From the human T2T-CHM13v2.0 reference genome, Homo sapiens, in assembly GCF_009914755.1 (NCBI RefSeq), contig NC_060933.1: a stretch of DNA of 64,000 bases; one strand, 5' to 3'. Both the position numbers and the translations under genes were made by a program. This document shows positions 29,060 through 44,788 of this stretch, piece after piece (position 1 is the stretch's first letter; each line of letters begins with the position of its first letter). Below the pieces are notes generated by a model. The model searched no databases and was not told the origin of the DNA. It was given only the letters and a program-made list of their open reading frames with translations.

Positions 29060-32000
29060 CGAATGGAATGGAATGCAATGGAATGGATTCAACTTGAATG
29101 GAAAGGAAAGAATGGAATCAACACGAGTGGAATGGCATGGATTGGAATGGAATGGAATGGAATCAACCCGAGTACAGGGGAATGGAATGGAATGGAATGC
29201 AATGGAATGGAATGGAATGCAATGGAATGGAATCATCAGTAATGGAATGGAAAGGAATGGAAAGGACTGGAATGGAATGGAATGGAATGGAATGGAATGG
29301 AATCAACTCCATTGCAATCGAATGGAATGGAATGGAATTAACCCAAATAGAATGGAATGGAATGGAATGGAACGGAACGGAATGGAATGGAATGGAATGG
29401 AATGGAACGGAAAGGAAAGGAATGGAATGGAATGGAATGGAATGGAATGGAATGGAATGGAATCAACGCGAGTGCAGGGGAATGCAATGGAATCGAATGG
29501 AATGGAAAGGAATGGAATGGAATCAACCCGAGTGCAGGGGAATGTAATAGAACGGAATGCAATGGAATGGAATCATCCGGAATGGAATGGAATGGAATGG
29601 AATGGAATGGAATCAACCCGAGTGCAATGGAATGGAGTGGAATGGAATGGAATGGAATGGAACAACCCGAATGGAATGGAATGTAATGGAGAGTAAGGGA
29701 GTTGAAAAGAATCAATCCGAATGTAATGGAATGGAATGGAACGGAACGGAATGGAATGGAATGGAATGGAATGGAATGCAATGGAATGGAATCGACCCGA
29801 GTACAATGGAATGGAATGGAATGGAAGGAAAGGAATGGAATGGAATGGAATGGAATGGAATGGAATGGAATGGAATGCAATGGATTCAACTCGATTGCAA
29901 TGGAATGGAATAGAATGGAATGGAATGGAATGGAAAGGAATGGAATTAAACCGAATAGAATGGAATGGAATGGAATGGAACGGAAAAGAACGGAACGGAA
30001 CGGAAAGGAGTGGAATGGAATGGAATGGAATTGTATGGAATGGAATGGAATGGTACGGAGTAGAATGGAATGGAAAGAATTGGAATGGAATGGAATCGAA
30101 TGGAAAGGAATGGAATGGAATGGAATGGAATGGAATAAACCCGAGTGCAGGGGAATGTAATGGAACGGAATGCAATGGAATGGAATCATCCGGAATGGAA
30201 TGGAATGGAATGGAATGGAATGGAATGGAATGGAATCAACCTGAGCGCAATGGAATGGAGTGAAATGGAATGGAATGGAATGGAGACAACCAGAATGGAT
30301 TGGAATATAATGGAGTGTAAGGGAATTGAATAGAATCAATCTGAATGTAATGAAATGGAATGGAACGGAATGGAATGGAATGGAATGGAATGGAATGGAA
30401 TGCAATGGAATGGAATCAACCCGAGTGCAATCGAATGGAATCGAATGGAATGGAATGCAATGGAATGGATTCAACTTGAATGGAATGGAAAGAATGGAAT
30501 CAACACGAGTGGAATGGCATGGATTGGAATGGAATGGAATGGAATCAACCCGAGTATAGGGGAATGGAATGGAATGCAATGCAATGGAATGGAATCATCC
30601 GTAATGGAATGGAAAGGAATGGAATGGAATGGAATGGAATGGAATGGAATGGAATCAACTCGATTGCAATCGAATGGAATGGAATGGAATTAACCCGAAT
30701 AGAATGGAATGGAATGGAATGGAACGGAACGGAATGGAATGGAATGGAATGGAATGGAATGGAACGGAAAGGAAAGGAATGGAATGGAATAGAATGGAAT
30801 GGAATGGAATCAACGCGAGTGCAGGGGAATGGAATGGAATGGAATGCAATGGAATGGAATCTTCCGGAATGGAATGGAATGGAATGGAATGGAATGGAAT
30901 GGAATCAACCCGAGTGCAATGGAATGGAGTGGAATGGAATGGAATGGAAGGGAACAACCCGAATGGAATGGAATGGAATGGAGAGTAAGGGAGTTGAATA
31001 GAATTAATCCGAATGTAATGGAATGGAATGGAACGGAATGGAATTGAATGGAATGGAATGGAATGCAATGGAATGGAATCAACCCGAGTGCAATGGAATG
31101 GAGAGGAATGGAATGGAATGGAATGGAAACTACCCGAATGGAATGGAATGTAATGGAGTGTAAGGGAATTGAATAGAATCAATCCGAATGTAATGGAATG
31201 GAATGGAACGGAATGGAATGGAACGGAATGGAATGGAATGGAATGCAATGGAATGGAATCAACCCGAGTGTAATCGAATGGAATCGAATGGAAAGGAATG
31301 CAATGGAATGGATTCAACTTGAATGGAAAGGAAAGAATGGAATCAACACGAGTGGAATGGCATGGATTGGAATGGAATGGAATGGAATCAACCCGAGTAC
31401 AGGGGAATGGAATGGAATGGAATGCAATGGAATGGAATCATCAGTAATGGAATGGAAAGGAATGGAAAGGACTGGAATGGAATGGAATGGAATGGAATGG
31501 AATGGAATGGAATGGAATCAACTCGATTGCAATCGAATGGAATGGAATGGAATTAACCCGAATAGAATGGAATGGAATGGAATGGAACGGAACGGAATGG
31601 AATGGAATGGAATGGAATGGAACGGAAAGGAATGGAATGGAATGGAATGGAATGGAATGGAATGGAATGGAATCAACGCGAGTGCAGGGGAATGCAATGG
31701 AATCGAATGGAATGGAAAGGAATGGAATGGAATTAACCCGAGTGCAGGGGAATGTAATAGAACGGAATGCAATGGAATGGAATCATCCGGAATGGAATGG
31801 AATGGAATGGAATGGAATCAACCCGAGTGCAATGGAATGGAGTGGAATGGAATGGAATGGAATGTAACAACCCGAATGGAATGGAATGTAATGGAGAGTG
31901 AGGGAGTTGAAAAAAATCAATCCGAATGTAATGGAATGGAATGGAACGGAATGGAATGGAATGGAATGGAATGGAATGGAATGGAATGCAATGGTATGGA

Positions 32001-33560
32001 ATCAACCCGAGTACAATGGAATGGAATGGAATGGAAGGAAAGGAATCCAATGGAATGGAATGGAATGGAATGGAATGGAATGGAATGCAATGGATTCAAC
32101 TCGATTGCAATGGAATGGAATAGAATGGAATGGAATGGAATGGAATGGAATGGAATTAAACCGAATAGAATGGAATGGAATGGAATGGAACGGAAAAGAA
32201 CGGAACGGAACGGAAAGGAGTGGAATGGAATGGAATGGAATTGTATGGAATGGAATGGAATGGTACGGAGTAGAATGGAATGGAAAGAATTGGAATGGAA
32301 TGGAATCGAATGGAATGGAATGGAATGGAATGGAATGGAATGGAATGGAATGGAATCAAACCGAGTGCAGGGGAATGTAATGGAACGGAATGCAATGGAA
32401 TGGAATCATCCGGAATGGAATGGAATGGAATGGAATGGAATGGAATGGAATGGAATGGAATGGAATCAACCTGAGCGCAATGGAATGGAGTGAAATGGAA
32501 TGGAATGGAATGGAGACAACCAGAATGGATTGGAATATAATGGAGTGTAAGGGAATTGAATAGAATCAATCTGAATGTAATGAAATGGAATGGAACGGAA
32601 TGGAATGGAATGTAATGGAACGGAATGGAATGCAATGGAATGGAATCAACCCGAGTACAATCGAATGGAATCGAATGGAATGGAATGCAATGGAATGGAT
32701 TCAACTTGAATGGAATGGAAAGAATGGAATCAGCACGAGTGGAATGGCATGGATTGGAATGGAATGGAATGGAATCAACCCGAGTATATGGGAATGGAAT
32801 GGAATGCAATGCAATGGAATGGAATCATCCGTAATGGAATGGAAAGGAATGGAATGGAAGGGAATGGAATGGAATGGAATCAACTCGATTGCAATCGAAT
32901 GGAATGGAATGGAATTAACCCGAATAGAATGGAATGGAATGGAATGGAACGGAACGGAACGGAATGGAATGGAATGGAATGGAATGGAATGGAACGGAAA
33001 GGAAGGGAATGGAATGGAATAGAATAGAATGGAATGGAATCAACGCGAGTGCAGGGGAATGGAATGGAATGGAATGCAATGGAATGGAATCTTCCGGAAT
33101 GGAATGGAATGGAATGGAATGGAATGGAATGGAATGGAATGGAATCAACCCGAGTGCAATGGAATGGAGTGGGATGGAATGGAATGGAAGGGAACAACCC
33201 GAATGGAATGGAATGGAATGGAGAGTAAGGGAGTTGAATAGAATTAATCCGAATGTAATGGAATGGAATGGAACGGAATGGAATTGAATGGAATGGAATG
33301 GAATGCAATGGAATGGAATCAACCCGAGTGCAATGGAATGGAGAGGAATGGAATGGAATGGAATGGAAACTACCCGAAAGGAATGGAATGTAATGGAGTG
33401 TAAGGGAATTGAATAGAATCAATCCGAATGTAATGGAATGGAATGGAACGGAATGGAATGGAATGGAATGGAATGGAATGCAATGCAATGGAATGGAATC
33501 AACCCGAGTGTAATCGAATGGAATCGAATGGAATGGAATGCAATGGAATGGATTCAACTT
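29060..33560 (+). repeat. ~2.23-kb tandem duplication (~29060-31290 and ~31290-33560), with a related earlier copy at ~25520-27600
   Basis: CAACCTGAGCGC at 26344/30237/32467; GGAAGGGAACAACCCG at ~27068/30946/33186; TAGAATTAATCCG at 27121/30999/33239; CCGAGTGTAATCG at ~27386/31264/33504; CATCAGTAATGG at 29234/31439. ORF offsets are 3878-3893 and 2230-2240. Confidence 0.82.
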
Positions 33561-34417
33561 GAATGGAATGGAAAGAAAGGAATCAACACGAGTGGAATGG
33601 CATGGATTGGAATGGAATGGAATGGAATCAACCCGAGTACAGGGGAATGGAATGGAATGGAATGCAATGGAATGGAATCATCCGTAATGGAATGGAAAGG
33701 AATGGAATGGAATGGAATGGAATGGAATGGAATGGAATGGAATGGAATCAACTCGATTGCAATCGAATGGAATGGAATGGAATGGAATGGAATGGAATGG
33801 AATGGAATGGAATGGAATGGAATGGAATGCAATGGAATGGAATCAACCCGAGTACAATGGAATGGAATGGAATGGAATGGAATGGAATGGAATGCAATGG
33901 AATGGAATCTTCCGTAATGGAATGGAATGGAATGGAATGGAATGGAATGGAATGGAATGGAATGGAATGGAATGGAATGCAATGGATTCAACTCGATTGC
34001 AATGGAATGGAATAGAATGGAATGGAATGGAATGGAATGGAATGGAATTAAACCGAATAGAATGGAATGGAATGGAATGGAACGGAACAGAATGGAACGG
34101 AACGGAACGGAGTGGAATGGAATGGAATGGAATTGTATGGAATGCATTGGAATGGTACGGAATAGAATGGAATGGAATCATCCGGAATGGAATGGAATGG
34201 AATGGAATGGAATGGAATGGAATGGAATGGAATGGAATCAACCCGAGTGCAATGGAATGGAGTGGAATGGAATGGAATGGAATGGAACAACCCGAATGGA
34301 ATGGAATGTAATGGAGAGTAAGGGAGTTGAATAGAATCAATCCGAATGTAATGGAATGGAACGGAATGGAATGGAATGGAATGGAATGGAATCAACCCGA
34401 GTACAAAAGAACGGAAT

Positions 34418-34442
34418 GTAATGTAATGTAATGTAATGTAAT
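34418..34442 (+). repeat. (GTAAT)5 variant-pentamer run
   Basis: Five consecutive GTAAT units read directly. Confidence 0.9.
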
Positions 34443-37267
34443 GGAATGGAATGGAATGGAATGGAATGGAATGGAACGGAATGGAATGGAATGGAATAGA
34501 ATTGAATGGAATGCAATGCAATGGAATGGAATCAACCCGAGTACAATGGAATGGAAAGGAATGGAATGGAATGGAATGGAATGGAATGGAATGGAATGGA
34601 ATGCAATGGAATGGAATCTTCAGGAATGGAATGGAATGGAATGGAATGGAATGCAATGGATTCAACTCGATTGCAATGGAATGGAATAGAATGGAATGGA
34701 ATGGAATGGAAAGGAATGGAATGGAATTAAACCGAATAGAATGGAATGGAATGGAATGGAACGGAACAGAACGGAACGGAACGGAACGGAGTGGAATGGA
34801 ATGGAATGGAATTGTATGGAATGGAATGGAATGGTACGGAATAGAATGGAATGGAAAGAATTGGAATGGAATGGAATCGAATGGAATGGAATGGAATGGA
34901 ATGGAATCAACCCGAGTGCAGGGGAATGTAATGGAACGGAATGAAATGGAATGGAATCATACGGAATGGAATGGAATGGAATGGAATGGAATGGAATGGA
35001 ATGGAATAAACCCGAGTGCAATGGAATGGAGTGAAATGGAATGGAATGGAATGGAACAACCCGAATGGAATGGAATGTAATGGAGAGTAAGGGAGTTGAA
35101 TAGAATCAATCCGAATGTAATGGAATGGAATGGAACGGAATGGAATTGAATGGAATGGAATGGAATGGAATGGAATGGAATCAACCCGAGTTCAATGGAA
35201 TGGAGAGAAATGGAATGGAATGGAATGGAAACTACCCGAATGGAATGGAATGTAATGGAGTCTAAGGGAATTGAATAGAATCAATCCGAATGGAATGGAA
35301 TGGAATGGAACGGAATGGAATGGAATGGAATGGAATGGAATGGAATGGAATCAACCCGAGCGCAATGGAATGGAGTGGAATGGAATGAAAAGGAATGGAA
35401 CAACCCGAATGGAATTAAATGTAATGGAGAGTAAGGGAGTTGAATGGAATCATTCCGAATGTAATGGAATGGAACGGAATGGAATGGAATGGAATGGAGT
35501 GGAATGCAATGGAATGGAATCAACCTGAGTTCAATGGAACGGAATGGAATGGAATGTAATGAAATAGAATGGAATGGAATGGAATGGAATGGAATCAACC
35601 CGAGTGCAATGGTATGGAGAGGAATGGAATGGAATGGAATGGAAACTACCCGAATGGAAAGGAATGTAAAGGAGTGTAAGGGAATTGAATAGAATCAATC
35701 CGAATGGAATGGAATGGAATGGAACGGAATGTAATGTAAAGGAATGGAATGGAGTCAACCCGAGTGCAGGGGAATGGAATGGAATGGAATAAAATGGACT
35801 GGAATCATCCGGAATGGAATGGAATGGAATGGAATCCAATGGAATGGAATGGAATGGAATCAACCCGAGTGCAATGGAATGGAGTGAAATGGAATGGAAT
35901 GGAATGGAGACAACCAGAATGGATTGGAATATAATGGAGTGTAAGGGAATTGAATAGAATCAATCTGAATGTAATGAAATCGAATGGAACGGAATGGAAT
36001 GGAATGGAATGGAATGGAATGGAATGGAATGCAATGGAATGGAATCAACCCGAGTGCAATCGAATGGAATCGAATGGAATGGAATGCAATGGAATGGATT
36101 CAACTTGAATGGAATGGAAAGAATGGAATCAACACGAGTGGAATGGCATGGATTGGAATGGAATGGAATGGAATCAACCCGAGTATAGGGGAATGGAATG
36201 GAATGGAATGCAATGGAATGGAATCATCCGCAATGGAATGGAAAGGAATGGAATGGAATGGAATGGAATGGAATGGAATGGAATCAACTCGATTGCAATC
36301 GAATGGAATGGAATGCAATTAACCCGAATAGAATGGAAAGGAATGGAATGGAAAGGAACGGAATGGAATGGAATGGAATGGAATGGAATGGAATGGAATG
36401 GAATGGAATGGAGTGGAACGGAAAGGAAGGGAATGGAATGGAATAGAATGGAATGGAATGGAATCAACGCGAGTGCAGGGGAATGGAATGGAATGGAATG
36501 CAATGGAATGGAATCTTCCGGAATGGAATGGAATGGAATGGAATGGAATGGAATCAACCCGAGTGCAATGGAATGGAGTGGAATGGAATGGAATGGAATG
36601 GAACAATCCGAATGGAATGGAATATAACGGAGAGTAAGGGAGTTGAATAGAATCAATCCGAATGTAATGGAACGGAATGGAACGCAATGGAATTGGATGG
36701 AATAGAATGGAATGCAATGGAATGGAATCAACCGGAGTGCAATGGAATGGAGAGGAATGCAGTGGAATGGAATGGAAACTACCCAAATGTAATGGAATGT
36801 AATGGAGTGTAAGGGAATTGAATAGAATCAATCCGAATGTAATGGAATGGAATGGAACGGAATGGAATGGAATGGAATGGAATGGAATGGAATGGAATGC
36901 AATGGAATGGAATCAACCCGAGTGCAATCGAATGGAATCGAATGGAATGGAATGCAATGGAATGGATTCAACTTGAATGGAATGGAAAGAATGGAATCAA
37001 CACGAGTGGAATGGCATGGATTGGAATGGAATGGAATGGAATCAACCCGAGTACAGGGGAATGGAATGGAATGGAATGCAATGGAATGGAATCATCCGTA
37101 ATGGAATGGAAATGAATGGATTGGAATGGAATGGAATGGAATGGAATGGAATCAACTCGATTGCAATCGAATGGAATGGAATGGAATTAACCCGAATAGA
37201 ATGGAATGGTACGGAACGGAATGGAATGGAATGGAATGAAATGGAATGGAATGGAATGGAATGGAAT

Positions 37268-40200
37268 CAACGCGAGTGCAGGGGAATGGAATGGAATGGA
37301 ATGCAATGGAATGGAGTCTTCCGGAATGGAATGGAATGGAATGGAATGGAATGGAATGAAATGCAATGGATTCAACTCGATTGCAATGGAATGGAATAGA
37401 ATGGAATGGAATGGAATGGAATGGAATTAATTCGAATAGAATGGAATGGAATGGAATGGAACGGAATGGAACGGAATGGAACGGAATGGAATGGAATGGA
37501 ATGGAATGGAATGGTATGGAGTGGAATGGAATGGTACGGAATAGAATGGAATGGAACGAATTGTAATGGAATGGAATTGAATGGAATGGAATGGAATGAA
37601 ATGGAATCAACGCGAGTGCAGGGGAATGTAATGGAACGGAATGCAATGGAATGGAATCATCCGGAATGGAACGGAATGGAATGGAATGGAATGGAATCAA
37701 CCCGAGTGCAATGGAATGGAGTGGAATGGAATGGAATGGAATGGAACAACCCGAATGGAATGGAATGTAACGGAGAGTAAGGGAGTTGAATAGAATCAAT
37801 CCGAATGTAATGGAATGGAATGCAACGGAATGGAATGGAATGGAATGGAAAGGAATGCAATGGAATTGAATCAACCCGAGTACAATGGAATGGAAAGGAA
37901 TGGAATGGAATGGAATGGAATGGAATGAGACGGAATAGAATGGAATGGAACGAAATGGAATGGAATGGAATGGAATGGAATGGAATGGAATGGAATGGAA
38001 TCGTTCCGAGTGGAATAGGAGGGAATGTATTCGAGTGGAATGGAAAGGAATGGTATCAACCAGAGTGGAATGGAAGGGAATGGAATGGAATGGAAACTAA
38101 TAGAATGGAATCAACCCGAGTGGAATGGAATGGAAAGGACTGGAATGGAATGGAATGGAATGGAATCAACTCGATTATAATGGAATGGAATGGAATGGAA
38201 TGGAATGGAATGGAATTAACCCGAATACAATGGAATGGAATGGAATGGAACGGAATGGAGTGGAATGGAATGGAATCAACCCGAGTGCAGGAGAATGGAA
38301 TGGAATGGAATGCAATGGAATGGAATCATCCGGAATGGAATGGAATGGAATGGAATGCAAAGCAATGGAATCAACTCGATTGCAATGGAATGGAATGGAA
38401 TGGAAAGGAATACATTGGAATCAACCCGAGTGGAATGGAATGGAAAGGACTGGAATGGAGTGGAATGGAATGGAATGGAATGGAATGGAATCAACTCGAT
38501 TGGAATGGAATGGAATGGAATGGAATGGAATCAACCCGAGTACAGGGGAATGGAATGGAATGGAATGCAATGGAATGGAATCATCGGTAATGGAATGGAA
38601 AGGAATGGAATGGAATGGAATGGAATGGAATGGAATGGAATGGAATCAACTCGATTGCAATCGAATGGAATGGAATGGAATTAATCTGAATAGAATGGAA
38701 TGGAATGGAATGGAACGGAACGGAATGGAATGGAATGGAATGGAATGGAATGGAATGGAACGGAACGGAACGGAATGGATGGAATGGAATGAAATGGAAT
38801 GGAATCAACGCGAGTGCAGGGGAATGGAATGGAATGGAATGTAATGGAATGGAATCTTCCGGAATGGAATGGAATGGAATGGAATGAAATGCAATTTATT
38901 CAACTCGATTGCAAAGGAATGGAATAGAATGGAATGGAATGGAATGGAATGGAATGGAATGGAATTAACCCGAATAGAATGGAATGGAATGGAATGGAAC
39001 GGAATGGAAAGGAATGGAATGGAATGGAATGGAATGGAATGGAATGGAATGGAATGGAATGCAATGGAATTGAATCAACCCGAGTACTATGGAATGGAAT
39101 GGAATGGAATGGAATGGAATGGAATGGAATGGAATGGAATGGAATGGAATGGAATCGTTCCGAGTGGAATAGGAGGGAATGTATTCGAGTGGAATGGAAA
39201 GGAATGGTATCAACCAGAGTGGAATGGAAGGGAATGGAATGGAATGGAAACTAATAGAATGGAATCAACCCGAGTGGAATGGAATGGAAAGGACTGGAAT
39301 GGAATGGAATGGAATGGAATCAACTCGATTGTAATGGAATGGAATGGAATGGAATGGAATGGATTCAACTTGAATGGAATGGAAAGAATGGAATCAACAC
39401 GAGTGGAATGGCATGGATTGGAATGGAATGGAATGGAATCAACGCGAGTGCAGGGGAATGGAATGGAATGGAATGCAATGGAATGGAATCTTCCGGAATG
39501 GAATGGAATGGAACGGAATGAAATGCAATGGATTCAACTCGATTGCAATGGAATGGAATAGAATGGAATGGAATGGAATGGAATGGAATTAATTCGAATA
39601 GAATGGAATGGAATGGAATGGAACGGAATGGAACGGAATGGAACGGAACGGAATGGAATGGAATGGAATGGAATGGTATGGAGTGGAATGGAATGGTACG
39701 GAATAGAATGGAATGGAACGAATTGTAATGGAATGGAATTGAATGGAATGGAATGGAATGAAATGGAATCAACGCGAGTGCAGGGGAATGTAATGGAACG
39801 GAATGCAATGGAATGGAATCATCGGGAATGGAACGGAATGGAATGGAATGGAATGGAATCAACCCGAGTGCAATGGAATGGAGTGGAATGGAATGGAATG
39901 GAATGGAACAACCCGAATGGAATGGAATGTAATGGAGAGTAAGGGAGTTGAATAGAATCAATCCGAATGTAATGGAATGGAATGCAACGGAATGGAATGG
40001 AATGGAATGGAAAGGAATGCAATGGAATTGAATCAACCCGAGTACAATGGAATGGAATGGAATGGAATGGAATGGAATGGAATGGAATGGAATGATACGG
40101 AATAGAATGGAATGGAACGAATTGGAATGGAATGGAATGGAATGGAATGGAATGGAATGGAATGGAATGGAATCGTTCCGAGTGGAATAGGAGGGAATGT

Positions 40201-41500
40201 ATTCGAGTGGAATGGAAAGGAATGGTATCAACCAGAGTAGAATGGAAGGGAATGGAATGGAATGGAAACTAATAGAATGGAATCAACCCGAGTGGAATGG
40301 AATGGAAAGGACTGGAATGGAATGGAATGGAATGGAATCAACTCGATTGTAATGGAATGGAATGGAATGGAATGGAATGGAATTAACCCGAATACAATGG
40401 AATGGAATGGAATGGAATGGAATGGAGTGGAATGGAATGGAATCAACCCGAGTGCAGGAGAATGGAATGGAATGGAATGCAATGGAATGGAATCATCCGG
40501 AATGGAATGGAATGGAATGGAATGCAAAGCAATGGAATCAACTCGATTGCAATGGAATGGAATGGAATGGAAAGGAATACGTTGGAATCAACCCGAGTGG
40601 AATGGAATGGAAAGGACTGGAATGGAGTGGAATGGAATGGAATGGAATGGAATGGAATCAACTGGATTGGAATGGAATGGAATGGAATGGAATCGAATCA
40701 ACCCGAGTACAGGGGAATGGAATGGAATGGAATGCAATGGAATGGAATCATCGGTAATGGAATGGAAAGGAATGGAATGGAATGGAATGGAATGGAATGG
40801 AATGGAATGGAATCAACTCGATTGCAATCGAATGGAATGGAATGGAATTAATCTGAATAGAATGGAATGGAATGGAATGGAACGGAACGGAATGGAATGG
40901 AATGGAATGGAATGGAACTGAACGGAACGGAATGGATGGAATGGAATGGAATGGAATGGAATCAACGCGAGTGCAGGGGAATGGAATGGAATGGAATGTA
41001 ATGGAATGGAATCTTCCGGAATGGAATGGAATGGAATGGAATGAAATGCAATTTATTCAACTCGATTGCAAAGGAATGGAATAGAATGGAATGGAATGGA
41101 ATGGAATGGAATGGAATGGAATTAAAACGAATAGAATGGAATGGAATGGAATGGAACGGAATGGAAAGGAATGGAATGGAATGGAATGGAATGGAATGGA
41201 ATGGAATGGAATGCAATGGAATTGAATCAACCCGAGTTCAATGGAATGGAATGGAATGGAATGGAATGGAATGGAATGGAATGGAATGGAATGGAATGGA
41301 ATCGTTCCGAGTGGAATAGGAGGGAATGTATTCGAGTGGAATGGAAAGGAATGGTATCAACCAGAGTGGAATGGAAGGGAATGGAATGGAATGGAAACTA
41401 ATAGAATGGAATCAACCCGAGTGGAATGGAATGGAAAGGACTGGAATGGAATGGAATGGAATGGAATCAACTCGATTGTAATGGAATGGAATGGAATGGA
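37268..41500 (+). repeat. ~2.17-kb tandem duplication nested inside the 9.9-kb unit (repeated again at ~47168-51400)
   Basis: GCAATTTATTCAACTCGATTGCAAAGG at 38891/41048; CATCGGTAATGG at 38582/40749; TTAATCTGAATAG at 38681/40848; TTAATTCGAATAG at 37427/39589. ORF offsets are 2157-2167. Confidence 0.88.
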
Positions 41501-43039
41501 ATGGAATGGAATGGAATTAACCCGAATACAATGGAATGGAATGGAATGGAACGGAATGGAGTGGAATGGAATGGAATCAACCCGAGTGCAGGAGAATGGA
41601 ATGGAATGGAATGCAATGGAATGGAATCATCCGGAATGGAATGGAATGCAAAGCAATGGAATCAATTCGATTGCAATGGAATGGAATGGAATGGAAAGGA
41701 ATACTTTGGAATCAACCCGAGTGGAATGGAATGGAAAGGACTGGAATGGAGTGGAATGGAATGGAATGGAATGGAATGGAATCAACTCGATTGGAATGGA
41801 ATGGAATGGAATGGAATGGAATTAACCCGAATAGAATGGAATGGAATGGAATGGAACGGAACGGAATGGAATGGAATGGAATGGAATGGAATAAACCCGA
41901 GTGCAATGGAATGGAGTGGAATGGAATGGAATGGAATGGAACAACCCGAATGGAATGGAATGTAATGGATAGTAAGGGAGTTGAATAGAATCAATCCGAA
42001 TGTAATGGAATGGAATGGAACGGAATGGAATTGAATGGAATGGAATGGAATGGAATCAACCCGAGTGCAATGGAATGGAGAGGAATGGAATGGAATGGAA
42101 TGGAAACTACCCGAATGGAATGGAATGTAATGGAGTGTAAGGGAATTGAATAGAATCAATCCGAATGTAATGGAATGGAATGGAACGGAATGGAATGGAG
42201 TGGAATCAACGCGAGTGCAGGGGAATGGAATGGAATCGAATGGAATGCAATGGAATGGAATGGAATCAACCCGAGTGCAGGGGAACGGAATGGAATGGAA
42301 TGCAATGGAATGGAATCATCCGGAATGGAATGGAATGGAATGGAATGGAATCAACCCGAGTGCAATGGAATGGAGTGGAATGGAATGGAATGGAATGGAA
42401 CAACCCGAATGGAATGGAATGTAATGGAGAGTTAGGGAGTTGAATAGAATCAATCCGAATGTAATGGAATGGAACGGAATGGAATGGAATGGAATGGAAT
42501 GGAATGGAATGGAATGGAATGCAATGGAATGGAATCAACCCGAGTACAATGGAACGGAATGGAATGGAATGTAATGGAATGGAATGGAATGGAATGGAAT
42601 CAACCCGAGTGCAGGGGAATGGAATGGAAAGGAATGCAATGGAATGGAATCATCCGGAATGGAATGGAATGGAAAGCAATGGAATGGAATGGAATGGAAT
42701 CAACCCGAGTGCAATGGAATGGTGTGAAATGGAATGGAATGGAATGGAAACAACCAGAATGGATTGGAATATAATGGAGTGTAAGGGAATTGAATAGAAT
42801 CAATCTGAATGTAATGAAATGGAATGGAACGGAATGGAATGTAATGGAATGGAATGGAATGGAATGCAATGGAATGGAATCAACCCGAGTGCAATCGAAT
42901 GGAATCGAATGGAATGGAATGCAATGGAATGGATTCAACTTGAATGGAATGGAAAGAATGGAATCAACACGAGTGGAATGGCATGGATTGGAATGGAATG
43001 GAATGGAATCAACCCGAGTACAGGGGAATGGAATGGAAT

Positions 43040-43190
43040 GGAATGCAATGGAATGGAATCATCCGTAATGGAATGGAAAGCAATGGAATGGAATGGAATG
43101 GAATGGAATGGAATGGAATGCAATGGAATGGAATCATCCGTAATGGAATGGAAAGCAATGGAATGGAATGGAATGGAATGGAATGGAATG
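43040..43190 (+). repeat. 75-bp tandem microduplication (also ~52940-53090)
   Basis: CATCCGTAATGGAATGGAAAGCAATGG at 43060 and 43135; both copies carry the AAAGCAAT variant. Confidence 0.82.
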
Positions 43191-44600
43191 GAATGGAATG
43201 GAATGGAATCAACTCGATTGCAATCGAATGGAATGGAATGGAATTAACCCGAATAGAATGGAATGGAATGGAATGGAACGGAACGGAATAGAATGGAATG
43301 GAATGGAATGGAATGGAACGGAACGGAACGGAATGGAATGGAATGGAATGGAATGGAATGGAATCAACGCGAGTGCAGGGGAATGGAATGGAATGGAATG
43401 CAATGGAATGGAATCTTCCGGAATGGAATGGAATGGAATGGAATGGAATGAAATGCAATGGATTCAACTCGATTGCAATGGAATGGAATAGAATGGAATG
43501 GAATGGAATGGAATGGGATGGAATTAACCCGAATAGAATGGAATGGAATGGAATGGAACGGAATGGAACGGAATGGAATGGAATGGAATGGAATGGAATG
43601 GTATGGAATGGAATGGAATGGTACGGAATAGAATGGAATGGAACGAATTGTAATGGAATGGAATTGAATGGAATGGAATGGAATGGAATGGAATCAACGC
43701 GAGTGCAGGGGAATGTAATGGAACGGAATGCAATGGAATGGAATCATCCGGAATGGAATGGAATGGAATGGAATGGAATGGAATGGAATCAACCCGAGTG
43801 CAATGGAATGGAGTGGAATGGAATGGAATGGAATGGAATGGAACAACCCGAATGGAATGGAATGTAATGGAGAGTAAGGGAGTTGAATATAATCAATCCG
43901 AATGTAATGGAATGGAATGCAACGGAATGGAATGGAATGGAATGGAATGGAATGGAATGGAATGCAATGGAATGGAATCAACCCGAGTACAATGAAATGG
44001 AATTTAATGGAATGGAATGGAATGGAATGGAATGGAATGGAATGGAATGCCTTCAAACCGAATGGAATGGAAAGGAATGGAATCAACACCAGTGGAATGG
44101 AATGGAATGGAATGGAATGGAATGGAATGGAATGGAATGATACGGAATAGAATGGAATGGAACGAAATGGAATGGAATGGAATGGAATGGAATGGAATGG
44201 AATGGAATGGAATGGAATCGTTCCGAGTGGAATAGGAGGGAATGTATTCGAGTGGAATGGAAAGGAATGGAATCAACCAGAGTGGAATGGAAGGGAATGG
44301 AATGGATTGGAAACTAATAGAATGGAATCAACCCGAGTGGAATGGAATGGAAAGGACTGGAATGGAAAGGAATGGAATGGAATGGAATGGAATGGAATGG
44401 AATGGAATCAACGCGAGTGCAGGGGAATGGAATGGAATCGAATGGAATAGAATGGAATGGAATGGAATCAACCCGAGTGCAGGGGAATGTAATGGAACGG
44501 AATGCAATGGAATGGAATCATCCGGAATGGAATGGAATGGAATAGAATGGAATCAACCCGAGTGCAATGGAATGGAGTGGAATGGAATGGAATGGAATGG

Positions 44601-44788
44601 AACAATCCGAATGGAATGGAATGTAATGGAGAGTAAGGGAGTTGAAAAGAATCAATCCGAATGTAATGGAATGGAACGGAATGGAATGTAATGGAATGGA
44701 ACAATCCGAATGGAATGGAATGTAATGGAGAGTAAGGGAGTTGAAAAGAATCAATCCGAATGTAATGGAATGGAACGGAATGGAATGG
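44601..44788 (+). repeat. 99-bp tandem microduplication (also ~54491-54678)
   Basis: AACAATCCGAATGG...GAGAGTAAGGGAGTTGAAAAGAATCAATCCG starts at 44601 and again at 44700. Confidence 0.85.
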
